From: Longimicrobiales bacterium
GTDB taxonomy: Bacteria; Gemmatimonadota; Gemmatimonadetes; Longimicrobiales; Gaopeijiaceae
DNA length: 64,000 bases
Direction of reading: 5' to 3'
Assembly (NCBI GenBank): GCA_963664435.2
Contig: CAXXKM010000003.1
Coordinates: 32,001 to 96,000, forward strand
A program made the position numbers and the translations under genes. Position 1 is the stretch's first letter. The number at the start of each line of letters is the position of its first letter. The notes beneath the pieces were generated by a model. It saw only the letters and a list, made by a program, of their open reading frames with translations. It made no database searches and was not told where the DNA came from. Of this stretch, positions 40,495 to 49,189 are shown piece after piece.

Positions 40495-40594
40495 GCTCGC
40501 CCAGATTCAGCACGTCGTTGCCGCGATGATCGGTCGGCGGCTCATGTACCGGGATCTGGTGGCCGACACGGGCCGGTCGGCGGCAGCAGTCTAA
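40495..40594 (+). pseudogene. IS1595 transposase, 3' portion
   Basis: Reads (MDT)LAQIQHVVAAMIGRRLMYRDLVADTGRSAAAV* in frame with 26589-27475; 'GRRLMYRDL' is a typical IS1595 C-terminus. Confidence 0.88.
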
Positions 40595-40688
40595 ATCCTG
40601 CCCCAACCCCTTGCGCGGGCGCAAGGGCTGGCGGCACTCTGGGCGCAATAGGTTTGCAACACAGACCAGACCACAGGAGCCCGGAATG

Positions 40689-40717
40689 TTGACCTGCGCC
40701 GCGCGTGTCCGTAGGCT
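40689..40717 (+). promoter_or_regulatory. Putative sigma70 promoter for the passenger methylase
   Basis: TTGACC -17 bp- TAGGCT. Confidence 0.5.
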
Positions 40718-40726
40718 CGCGGAGGG

Positions 40727-40758
40727 ACCGCCCCACCGCCCCACCGCCCCACCGCCCC
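40727..40758 (+). repeat. (ACCGCCCC)x4 tandem repeat in the methylase leader
   Basis: Four exact octamers seen directly. Confidence 0.92.
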
Positions 40759-40785
40759 AGTTAGATCCCGCGCCGGATCGCGGCC

Positions 40786-42393
40786 ATGACTGCGCCCGGA
40801 TTGCAGCCCAACACGCTCTACTACGGGGACTGCCTTGAATGGCTGCCCCGCTTCCCGGCTGAATCGGTGGACCTGATCTACCTCGATCCGCCGTTCAACT
40901 CGAACACGAACTACAACCTGTTGTTCGGCAATGGCAACCTGACGCGGAACGGCGGGAGGAGTGCCCAGGTCCGTGCGTTCGACGATACCTGGCGCTGGGA
41001 CGATGCCGCCGCCCGTCGGGTGGATCGTCTCACGCGAGCTGCCGCGCACCCGGCACATAAGGCGGTTGTCGGACTCCGCACGCTGATCGGGGAAGGCGGG
41101 ATGCTGGCCTACCTGACGTACATGGCGGAACGGCTCGCAGCCATGCGGCACGTCCTGAAGCCGTCCGGGAGCATCTACCTGCACTGCGACCCGACGGCGA
41201 GCCACGGGCTCAAGCTCGTCATGGACACCATCTTCGGCCCGCGCAACTTCCGCAACGAGATCACTTGGCAGCGGTCCACCGGGCACAACACGGCACACCG
41301 TTACGGCAACGTCGCGGACATCCTGCTCTATTATTCCCGGTCCAATTCCCCGACGTGGAATCGGCAATATCAGGGCTATGGCGAATCACAACTGAAGCGA
41401 TTCCGCCACCGGGACAACCGGGGCCGGTACAAGCTGGATGACCTTACGGGCGCGCGCCCCAATTCCGACTCCGGCAAGTTCGAGTGGCGCGGCACGATGC
41501 CGCCCGCGAGCCGGGGCTGGGGCTACACGCTGGAGCAACTTGAGGAATGGTGGGCGGAGGGCCGCATCCACGCGAAGCGCGACGGGACACCGCGCATGGA
41601 CGGCTTGAAGGTGTATCTCCGGGACGCACCCGGAAAGCCGCTCCAGAACATCTGGACGGATATTCCCCGGATCGCCAACACGGCGCGGGAACGGCTAGGA
41701 TACCCTACGCAGAAGCCCCTTGCGCTCCTGTCGCGCATCATTGAAGCGAGCAGCAACGAGGGCGACCTGATCCTCGATCCCTTCTGCGGATGTGGGACGG
41801 CAGTGGCGGCTGCGCACAAGCTCAATCGCCAGTGGGCCGGAATCGATATCAGCCCGTTCGCGATCGATCTGATCGCGAGCAAGCGGTTCCCGGAGTTCAA
41901 GGTGCCGACCGAGGGTTACCCCTACGATCTCGCCGGGGCCGCGAAGCTCGCGAGGGAACAGCCGTTCAAGTTCGAGAAGTGGGCCGTGACCCGCGTTCCG
42001 GGGCTCGCGCCGAATGACAAGCAGGTCGGCGACGGCGGGGTGGACGGTGTGGGCTACCTGCTGGCGAAGCCCGAAAACGGCGCGACCGATCAGGTGCTCG
42101 CGCAGGTCAAGGGCGGCAAGTACCAGTTGGGCCAGCTCCGGGACTTCCTCGGCGTGCTGGAGCGCGAGAAAGCCGCGATGGGCGTCTACGCCACCGTGAA
42201 CCCGATCCGTGCGCCGGGAGCCCATGCGGAAGCCGCGAGACGCGGCAGGATGCGGCTGGGTGCGACCGAATACCCGCGCGCGCAACTGTGGTCGATCCGA
42301 GACTACTTCGATGACCGGATGCCGACGCTTCCCGCGCTGGCTGACCCGTACACCGGCAAGCCCGTGCAGGGCTCGCTACAAATGGCACTCTGA
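40786..42393 (+). CDS. Site-specific DNA methyltransferase (N4/N6, beta class) with C-terminal Mrr-like PD-(D/E)xK domain; IS passenger
   Basis: 'YLDPPFNS', 'YPTQKP', 'LDPFCGCGT'; C-term 'FEKWAV...DGGVDG...AQVKGG'. Confidence 0.9.
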   Translation: MTAPGLQPNTLYYGDCLEWLPRFPAESVDLIYLDPPFNSNTNYNLLFGNGNLTRNGGRSAQVRAFDDTWRWDDAAARRVDRLTRAAAHPAHKAVVGLRTLIGEGGMLAYLTYMAERLAAMRHVLKPSGSIYLHCDPTASHGLKLVMDTIFGPRNFRNEITWQRSTGHNTAHRYGNVADILLYYSRSNSPTWNRQYQGYGESQLKRFRHRDNRGRYKLDDLTGARPNSDSGKFEWRGTMPPASRGWGYTLEQLEEWWAEGRIHAKRDGTPRMDGLKVYLRDAPGKPLQNIWTDIPRIANTARERLGYPTQKPLALLSRIIEASSNEGDLILDPFCGCGTAVAAAHKLNRQWAGIDISPFAIDLIASKRFPEFKVPTEGYPYDLAGAAKLAREQPFKFEKWAVTRVPGLAPNDKQVGDGGVDGVGYLLAKPENGATDQVLAQVKGGKYQLGQLRDFLGVLEREKAAMGVYATVNPIRAPGAHAEAARRGRMRLGATEYPRAQLWSIRDYFDDRMPTLPALADPYTGKPVQGSLQMAL

Positions 42394-42410
42394 CCCGGAA
42401 GGCACCACCA

Positions 42411-42614
42411 ATGAGCGACAAGCGAGAGAAGCCGTTCGATGTGCGGGCGACCAACCCGCGCTACGGCGGCGCGATGATGAGCGACGTAGTCCGGGCATTG
42501 TTCCGCCCGCTCGATCCGAAGGTGCGGGAGCGCATCGCGGCCCGCGAAGCCCGCCGGTCTGTCACGCCGGAGAAGGTGGAGGATGGAGAGTCCGGCGTCA
42601 AGGCAGGCGTATAA
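42411..42614 (+). CDS. Small hypothetical IS passenger protein; stop codon lies in the right TIR
   Basis: 67-aa ORF 17 bp after the methylase stop, filling the space to the TIR. Confidence 0.5.
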   Translation: MSDKREKPFDVRATNPRYGGAMMSDVVRALFRPLDPKVRERIAAREARRSVTPEKVEDGESGVKAGV

Positions 42615-42619
42615 TTCCC
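42597..42619 (-). repeat. Right terminal inverted repeat (followed by TSD 42620-42627)
   Basis: GTCAAGGCAGGCGTATAATTCCC then TTCCCGAA. Confidence 0.97.
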
Positions 42620-42834
42620 TTCCCGAACGCGGGCGGACAGTGCGGATCGCACGGATCCGGCAACAGAAGCGCCATAAGAACCGCACGCGACGAGGCGAGC
42701 GGACGACGCGCCCACCAGAGGTGGAGCGTATGGGGGTGTCCCTTGCGTGATCGGTCCTCCCCGACCGCGTGGCGTGACACCTCGGCAATGGGGAAATCGA
42801 CCTCGGCCAGCCGTTTGCACTCGCGTGGGATCAT
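42620..42834 (-). pseudogene. DUF1156 methylase, 5' portion
   Basis: 'KRLAEVDFPI...GHPHTLHLWWARRPLASSRA' DUF1156 N-terminal signature; ATGA-coupled to upstream gene. Confidence 0.93.
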
Positions 42835-43991
42835 GAGGACAGTTCGCCTTCGGGCGAGGAGGCTCCGCCATCTAGGGGATTGGGTGCCGTACCCTCGACG
42901 AGCATCGTCCGCGTGCGTTCGATCTCCGATGCGAGGAGTTCCTCGTCCGGTAGCGCGGTCCGGTATTCGGACGCCATGACCTTGTTCGGCAGACCCTCCA
43001 GTGCATACCGCGCCACTGCTTCATCCTTCTGAGCGCAAAGGATCAATCCGACCGGAGGGTTCTCCTCCCGGCGGACCCAATTCTCACGGGCGTAGTTCAG
43101 GTAGAGATGCATCTGTCCGGCATCAGCGTGCGTGAACTTCCCGATCTTCAGGTCGATGACCACGAGACACCGAAGGCGGCGGTGAAAGAAGAGAAGATCG
43201 ACGCGGTACCACTCGTCGCCGATGCGCAGCCGCCTTTGCCGGGCGATGAAACAGAAATCCCCTCCCAGTTCCAAGAGGAAGGACTCAAGGTGGCGGATCA
43301 GCGCCTCCTCAAGATCGCTCTCGGAGTACTCGTCCTTCAGGTCGAGGAATTCGAGGACGAACGGGTCCTTGATCTCTTCCTCAGGAAGAATGCTGTCTCC
43401 GGGACGCGCCGTACCGCCCTCGCCGAGCAAGGCGGCCTTGTTCCTCGAAAGGGCGGTTCGCTCGTAGAACTGGGTGTTGATCTGCCGGTCGAGTTGGCGA
43501 ACGGTCCAGCCTCCGCGAAGCGCTTCGGCCTCGTAGAAGGTGCGGGCGCGCTGCTTTCGCACCGAGAGCAGCCGAACGTAGGCGGACCAGGGGAGCGGAA
43601 ACCGTGACCGGATGGTGTCCAGCAGGGATTCTGCAGACACTGTCTGCATAATTCGATCGTCTTCCGATTCTGCAGACGGTGTCTGCACAATCGGCCATGC
43701 AAGGTAGAACGCTCGCATGAGCCAGACGTTACGGACCGAGAAGCCCCGGCCGTACCGCGCCGAGAGGTCGGCCGCGAGCCGCTCGACGGTCTCCTTGCCG
43801 TACTCCGCCCGGCTCCTCCCTTCCTGTTCGAGTTCGGCGATCTGCCGTCCGATCAACCAGTACGCGGCGGTCATCACGGCGTTGACCGAACGGGCCGCCG
43901 ACCGCCGGGCGGCTTCGACGATCTCGGAAACCTCGCCGAAGATCGCATCGTACCGGGCAACCTCGCCGGTGGATGGCACGGGCTTCTTCAT
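42831..43991 (-). CDS. DUF1016/YhcG PDDEXK nuclease family protein
   Basis: 'YWLIGRQI', 'GRGFSVRN', 'IKDPFVLEFL', 'RVDLLFFH..IDLK', 'GQMHLYLNY'; ATG 43991 overlaps helicase stop. Confidence 0.92.
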   Translation of the reverse strand: MKKPVPSTGEVARYDAIFGEVSEIVEAARRSAARSVNAVMTAAYWLIGRQIAELEQEGRSRAEYGKETVERLAADLSARYGRGFSVRNVWLMRAFYLAWPIVQTPSAESEDDRIMQTVSAESLLDTIRSRFPLPWSAYVRLLSVRKQRARTFYEAEALRGGWTVRQLDRQINTQFYERTALSRNKAALLGEGGTARPGDSILPEEEIKDPFVLEFLDLKDEYSESDLEEALIRHLESFLLELGGDFCFIARQRRLRIGDEWYRVDLLFFHRRLRCLVVIDLKIGKFTHADAGQMHLYLNYARENWVRREENPPVGLILCAQKDEAVARYALEGLPNKVMASEYRTALPDEELLASEIERTRTMLVEGTAPNPLDGGASSPEGELSS

Positions 43992-46900
43992 GCCGCTGAG
44001 CCGCCGTCCGGGTCGTCCCGGTCCGCCGAAGGCATCGGTCCGGTCATCGCCTTCACGTCCATCCAGTAGTGCTGAACCTTGGTCACCTCGTGCCACTGGA
44101 AACGGGCGGGATCCCGGATCGGTTCCTGCAATTCGGGAGCGCTCGCGCAGTTCGTCACAACGTACAGCCAAAAGCAGTCGCGTCGGTCCTCGGCCACGCG
44201 CCGCTCGTTCGGTGTCAGCAGGATGCTCCCGCTCGGCGCGGCGAGCCCCTTCACCTCGATCAGCCGCAACTCGCCGGTCTGGAGATCGAGACTCGTCACG
44301 TCGTAGCCCAGATTCTCCTTGTGGACATCGTAAACCCTACGTCCCTGCCCGGCCTCGTACTCCATTGCTACACGCATGGCCGTCATTTCGGTCTCGGGGT
44401 GGGGGCGCAGGCGGCGGAGATCGAGCACATCGCTCTCGGGGTGCGGCAGCACCAGCGCGCTCGCGAGTCTCTCGACACCTTGGAGGGTGACAGCCCCCTG
44501 GCGCTCAAGCTCTTCGCGCCGGCGCTCGCGCCGCGTCAGCACCTCCGCGTGCCGCCTCTCGGCCAATGCCAAGCGCCCCTCGGCCCCGGCAGCCCCACCG
44601 TCCACTTCGTCGGCGGCGCGGCCGATTTCCTCGTCGAGCCGCTGCAGAATCTCGGTCAGCGAAAGCTCGACGTGTTCGGCGACCCGGCCCACCTCGGCCT
44701 GGCGTTCGGAACGGATGTCCTCCACGAAGGGGACCAGCGCGTTCTCGTTGAGCCATGCGGTCTCTTCCGGAAGCTGTGCGGCGGCCGGCAGCCCGTTCGG
44801 CGCGGGTGCTGGAGTCATGTCTGCCAGCACGCCCGGATCACGTGGACACGGGGCGCTCCCATCCCTCAACTCGATCGCGAACAGTCGCTCGTGGATGACT
44901 CGGCCCAGTCCATCCACCGCGCGTGCACGGTAGAAGTCCAGCCGGGCCGGTTCGTCGTGGGCCAGCGAGTGGAAACAGGCTCCCTTCGCGAAGGCCTCCT
45001 GCCCCGAGTCGTAGCCGTGGCGGCGCAGGGCTTCAAAAAGGGGGTGGCCCGGCGTCACCCATTCCAGGTTGTTCGCCTCTGCCGTCTCTCGGTCGGTGGA
45101 CAGCCGTGGATACCGGACGGCGAGTTCGGAGAACCCCCAGTCCTCGTCGCGCTCGTATCGCTTGAGCCCGAGGGGCGTCCTCCCGGGATGGAAGGTGTGG
45201 GGCAGCCTCCGCACCGGCTTGAGCGGAAGGGCGGCATCTTTGGCCGCCTCACCCATGAACCGCGAAATCGTTTCCGGGACGACGCGGCGCTCCTTCGCAC
45301 GCGCGCGCCGCTCGACTAGCAGGTCGAGGTTCAGCTTCTTGGCCGCCAGACCCTCAAGCGCCGTCTGGCATATCGCCCGAAAGTGGCCCTCGTCCACGTC
45401 CCTGAGGATCCGCTCCTCAAGATCGGAGTCACCGAGCCGTCCGGCGTAGTAGTCCCGGAGTACCCGTTCGACCCGCGCGGAAGGCAGAACCTCGCCCACC
45501 ACGTTGAACACGGCGTCATCGTCGAGCGCGTCGCGGATCTCTTGGAGCTTGTCCAAGAGCCGTTGCAGCACACTACCCTCGATCGTGTTCGTCGCCACGA
45601 AGTTGAAGATCAGGCAGTCGCGCTGCTGGCCGTAGCGGTGGATGCGCCCCATCCGCTGCTCCAAGCGATTCGGGTTCCACGGTATGTCATAGTTGAACAG
45701 GATGTGGCAGCACTGGAGGTTGATCCCCTCGCCAGCCGCCTCGGTCGCCACCAGGACCTGAATTCCGCCTTCCCGGAACTGCTGTTCGGCGTGGAGCCGG
45801 GTACCGGGCTCGTCCCTGGAACCGGGCTTCATACCTCCGTGGATGCAGCCGACGCGGAAGCCCCACTCCACCAACCGCTCCATCAGGTAGTCGAGCGTGT
45901 CCTTGAACTCCGTGAACAGGAGCAGCCGCTGGTCCGGTCGGTCGAAGAACCCTTCGGCCTCCATGATCCGCCGTAGCCGCTTGAGCTTCGCTTCGGTGCC
46001 TGAGCGCTCGACGGCCTTGGCCTGCTCGGCGAATTGCCGGAGTTCGGCGATCTCCTCGCGCACGTGTTCGGCGTTGCCCGCCAGCGTCACTGCCTCCAGC
46101 ATGCGTTCCAGACGTTCGCGCTCGGCGTCCTCGAACTCGTCGAGTTCGTCCCAGTCGGGCAGATCGGGCGGGATCGTCCGTATAAGCTCCCGCGCCTGCT
46201 TGAGTCCCTCCTCAAGCCGCCTGGCCCGGTTCTCCAGAGACCGCCTCATGGCATGAGTGCTCGAAGCAAGGCGCCGCTGGTACAGCGACATCAGGAATCC
46301 AACCGCCCTCGCCCTCGGGTTGTCGCTCTCATCGGCGGCGCGTCGGCTCTGCCGCTTCACGAACCGTGTGATCTCCCGGTAGAGCTCGAACTCCGCGCCG
46401 TCGATGGCGAAGTCGGCCGTGCGCGCGATGCGTTTCGTGAAGACCGGCCTTGCGGTCCACGTACCATCTGCTTCCCGCTCGGGGAAGTAGACCATCGCTT
46501 CCTTGGTACGCCTCAGATAGAACGGCGCTCGCTGGCGATCCATCGCCTCTCGTATCGACTTCACGTCGCCGTAAGCGTCCCGGTCGAGCAACTGGAGGAA
46601 CAGCGTGAAGTTCTGCGGATCACCCTTGTGTGGGGTGGCCGTGAGGAGGAGCATGTGATCCGAACTGTCCCGGAGCAGTTCCCCGAGCCGGTAACGCTGG
46701 CTCTTGTGGCTCTCGTCCCGCGCAGACATCCGGTGCGCCTCGTCCACGACGACCAGATCCCAATGCGCCTGCCGCAGCCCGGGCAGGATCTCATCACGTT
46801 TCGCAAGGTCGAGCGACGTGATTACCCGCTTCCGTTCCATCCACTGGTTGACGCCGAACTGGTCGCGGATGTCCCCACCCTTCAGAACCAGAAACTGCTC

Positions 46901-47485
46901 GTCGAACTTCTCCTTCAACTCCCGCTGCCACTGGAACGAGAGGTTCGCGGGACAGACCACGAGAATCCGCTCGACCAATCCCCGCAGCTTCAGTTCGCGG
47001 ATGAGCAGTCCGGCCATGATCGTCTTCCCCGCGCCGGCGTCGTCGGCGAGCAGGAAACGGACGCTCGGAAGCTTCAGTAGGTGGTCGTAGACAGCTTCAA
47101 GCTGGTGGGGCAGTGGATCCACCCGCGAGATCGAAAGTCCGAAGTACGGATCGAACTCGTGCGCAATGCCCAGTGCGTAGGCCTGCAAGGCCAAGCGCAA
47201 GCGCCGACCGTCTCCGGAGTAGGAGAGCACGGCCTCGGCAATCGTCAGCTCTGAGATGTCCTCTTCCGTCAGCGTCACCCGACGGAACCGCTCGGAATGC
47301 TGGCCGACCATGCCGACCATCCAGACGCCGCTCCCGTTCTCCCGCACCGTCTCCACCAGCATCGGCTCACTGAAGTAGGGACCGGTCAGGACTCGCCCTT
47401 CGCGCAGATGCATCTCACCTGCCACCTGTGGTTCTCCCGGTGCTGGGGGGGATGTTTGGGATCGTTCATGATCTGGACGCGTCAC
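43988..47485 (-). CDS. SNF2-family helicase with C-terminal DUF3883 (NOV_C) nuclease domain
   Basis: 'LLADDAGAGKT', 'VVDEAH', 'TATPH', 'EGINLQ', 'EQRMGRIHRYGQ'; C-term 'GYDV.S...IEVKG'. Confidence 0.93.
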   Translation of the reverse strand: MTRPDHERSQTSPPAPGEPQVAGEMHLREGRVLTGPYFSEPMLVETVRENGSGVWMVGMVGQHSERFRRVTLTEEDISELTIAEAVLSYSGDGRRLRLALQAYALGIAHEFDPYFGLSISRVDPLPHQLEAVYDHLLKLPSVRFLLADDAGAGKTIMAGLLIRELKLRGLVERILVVCPANLSFQWQRELKEKFDEQFLVLKGGDIRDQFGVNQWMERKRVITSLDLAKRDEILPGLRQAHWDLVVVDEAHRMSARDESHKSQRYRLGELLRDSSDHMLLLTATPHKGDPQNFTLFLQLLDRDAYGDVKSIREAMDRQRAPFYLRRTKEAMVYFPEREADGTWTARPVFTKRIARTADFAIDGAEFELYREITRFVKRQSRRAADESDNPRARAVGFLMSLYQRRLASSTHAMRRSLENRARRLEEGLKQARELIRTIPPDLPDWDELDEFEDAERERLERMLEAVTLAGNAEHVREEIAELRQFAEQAKAVERSGTEAKLKRLRRIMEAEGFFDRPDQRLLLFTEFKDTLDYLMERLVEWGFRVGCIHGGMKPGSRDEPGTRLHAEQQFREGGIQVLVATEAAGEGINLQCCHILFNYDIPWNPNRLEQRMGRIHRYGQQRDCLIFNFVATNTIEGSVLQRLLDKLQEIRDALDDDAVFNVVGEVLPSARVERVLRDYYAGRLGDSDLEERILRDVDEGHFRAICQTALEGLAAKKLNLDLLVERRARAKERRVVPETISRFMGEAAKDAALPLKPVRRLPHTFHPGRTPLGLKRYERDEDWGFSELAVRYPRLSTDRETAEANNLEWVTPGHPLFEALRRHGYDSGQEAFAKGACFHSLAHDEPARLDFYRARAVDGLGRVIHERLFAIELRDGSAPCPRDPGVLADMTPAPAPNGLPAAAQLPEETAWLNENALVPFVEDIRSERQAEVGRVAEHVELSLTEILQRLDEEIGRAADEVDGGAAGAEGRLALAERRHAEVLTRRERRREELERQGAVTLQGVERLASALVLPHPESDVLDLRRLRPHPETEMTAMRVAMEYEAGQGRRVYDVHKENLGYDVTSLDLQTGELRLIEVKGLAAPSGSILLTPNERRVAEDRRDCFWLYVVTNCASAPELQEPIRDPARFQWHEVTKVQHYWMDVKAMTGPMPSADRDDPDGGSAA

Positions 47486-47568
47486 GGCACGCCGAGGGCG
47501 CCGGACCCAACGTAGTCTAACATCGGGCGCATGACACGAACGGGGGCCGACGATAAGTTGGGCGTGCC

Positions 47569-48360
47569 ATGAATCACCGGGGTACTGAAGCCGGCCGACC
47601 GACGCCGTTGTCTGGGACGGCGTACGGAATCGACGGTTGCAGCGCGGGTTGGCTTTACTTCGCCCTGGCTCATTCTGGAGAGCCCGGATGGGGAGTAGTA
47701 GGAGCTATCGAGGAGCTGGTTTCCAGGGCAGACGATTCGGACCGCATCTTCGTTGACATTCCGATCGGGCTGCCGAACGGTCCCGAGCGGCGCTCCTGCG
47801 ATAGGGAAGCGCGCAGGAGGCTGGGCGCGCTTCACGCGAGCACCGTCTTCCCGGCTCCCGTGCGCGCAGGGCTGGCTGCCGGCACCTACGAGGACGCGAA
47901 CCGGATCAGCCGGGAGGAAACCGGAAGGGGGATGACACAGCAGACCTTCGCGATCCTGCCGAGGATCAGGGAAGTGGACTGCCTGCTACGGAAAAGCGAA
48001 AAGGCTCGCCACATCGTCCGCGAGGTCCACCCGGAGATCTGCTTTTGGGCGCTCGCAGGACGCAGCCCGTTGAGAAACGGCAAGAAGACGGGCGGTGGCT
48101 TTCAAGAGAGGTACGCGTTGCTGGAGGGTTGCCGCCCATCCGTCGGTGAGGACTTCGCCCGGATTCGAACCGGATTCCGATCATGGGACGTGTCCGACGA
48201 CGACATATTGGACGCGATGGCTGCGGCCATCACAGCCTCGACCGATCCGGTGGCGCTCAAGACTCTACCGGAACACCCGACCATGGACTCGTGCGGTCTT
48301 CCGATGGAAATGGTGTACGTGGCGGACCGGCATCCGCACGTGCGCGAATCGGATGAGTGA
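47569..48360 (+). CDS. DUF429 domain protein (predicted RNase H-fold nuclease)
   Basis: 'GIDGCSAGW', 'VDIPIGL', 'CDREAR', 'EVHPE', 'DDILDA'. Confidence 0.85.
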   Translation: MNHRGTEAGRPTPLSGTAYGIDGCSAGWLYFALAHSGEPGWGVVGAIEELVSRADDSDRIFVDIPIGLPNGPERRSCDREARRRLGALHASTVFPAPVRAGLAAGTYEDANRISREETGRGMTQQTFAILPRIREVDCLLRKSEKARHIVREVHPEICFWALAGRSPLRNGKKTGGGFQERYALLEGCRPSVGEDFARIRTGFRSWDVSDDDILDAMAAAITASTDPVALKTLPEHPTMDSCGLPMEMVYVADRHPHVRESDE

Positions 48361-48509
48361 AGCACGTCCAAATGCCCTCCATTTGGCCCGGTTTTCCGGC
48401 CTTTTCGGACCGGCAGACCCCGGCACACCCCAACGGCAAGAAGCGCAGATCGTGCAGTCCCAGTTAGACTTACGTGATCTTATGCCGTGATTCGCGTCCC
48501 GATTTGATC

Positions 48510-48555
48510 GCTTTGGGAGCAGGAGGTCGCCGGTTCGAATCCGGCCGCCCCGATT
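48510..48555 (+). repeat. attR: duplicated 3' half of tRNA-Pro
   Basis: 46 bp identical to 9102-9147; lacks the tRNA 5' half. Confidence 0.97.
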
Positions 48556-48670
48556 ATCGCGATTCGGGAAATCCGAAAATCCGATTCCCTGGCAGTCCCG
48601 GGACGCACTCCCCGGCCATTCGAGCGGCTCCTCGGTGCTCCTGCTCATCCGCCTGCCGGACAGGGCGGCG

Positions 48671-48700
48671 TTGACATCGGCTGGCACGGGCCTGTAACAT
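48671..48700 (+). promoter_or_regulatory. Putative sigma70 promoter of cspA
   Basis: TTGACA -18 bp- TAACAT about 100 bp upstream of the ATG. Confidence 0.55.
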
Positions 48701-48798
48701 TGGGACGATTTTGAGCAGTTGGACGTCGCGGCGCCGGATGTTCCGGGTCTCGGCGGCCACCAAACAGACCGCGGGTGAGCGCGGGCAAGGAGCGCGGG

Positions 48799-49005
48799 AT
48801 GCGTACCACCGGTACGGTGAAGTGGTTCAACGATGCGAAGGGCTTTGGCTTCATTACGCCAGAGGGCAGTGATCGGGACTGCTTCGTACACCACTCGGCC
48901 ATCCAGGTCGATGGGTATCGTTCGTTAGCCGAAGGTGAGCGGGTCGAGTTCGACATCGTCCAGGGGCAGAAGGGCCCCGCGGCGGAGAACGTCGTCAAGC
49001 TCTAG
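48799..49005 (+). CDS. cspA: Cold-shock protein
   Basis: '[15 protein letters not shown]', 'FVHHSAI', 'KGPAAENV'; RBS AAGGAG. Confidence 0.96.
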   Translation: MRTTGTVKWFNDAKGFGFITPEGSDRDCFVHHSAIQVDGYRSLAEGERVEFDIVQGQKGPAAENVVKL

Positions 49006-49030
49006 GGCCCCCGGGTCCTTTCCCCAAGAA

Positions 49031-49104
<74 letters not shown>

Positions 49105-49161
49105 CCTCGTCTCGTTTTCCGTCGGCCGATTGGCTGCCGGAGAGCGTCCAGCCTCCGGGTT

Positions 49162-49189
49162 CTCGTCCGCCTCGGGCGAGGCGGACGAG
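49162..49189. terminator. 13-bp perfect hairpin between tRNA-Arg and tRNA-His
   Basis: CTCGTCCGCCTCG-GG-CGAGGCGGACGAG; no U-tract, so function uncertain. Confidence 0.4.

Larger units (their letters stand above)
26506..42619 (+). mobile_element. IS1595-family transporter IS with passenger genes (~3.1 kb own sequence plus 13 kb nested element)
   Basis: Perfect 23-bp TIRs, 8-bp TSD, IS1595 transposase at the left end. Confidence 0.95.
9102..48555. mobile_element. Integrative mobilisable element / defence island inserted in tRNA-Pro
   Basis: Flanked by 46-bp att repeats; integrase next to attL; mob genes and oriT present; no T4SS genes seen. Confidence 0.95.

Noticed and set aside
48510..48555. 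Second tRNA-Pro gene
   Set aside because: Only the 3' half is present; it is the attR duplication
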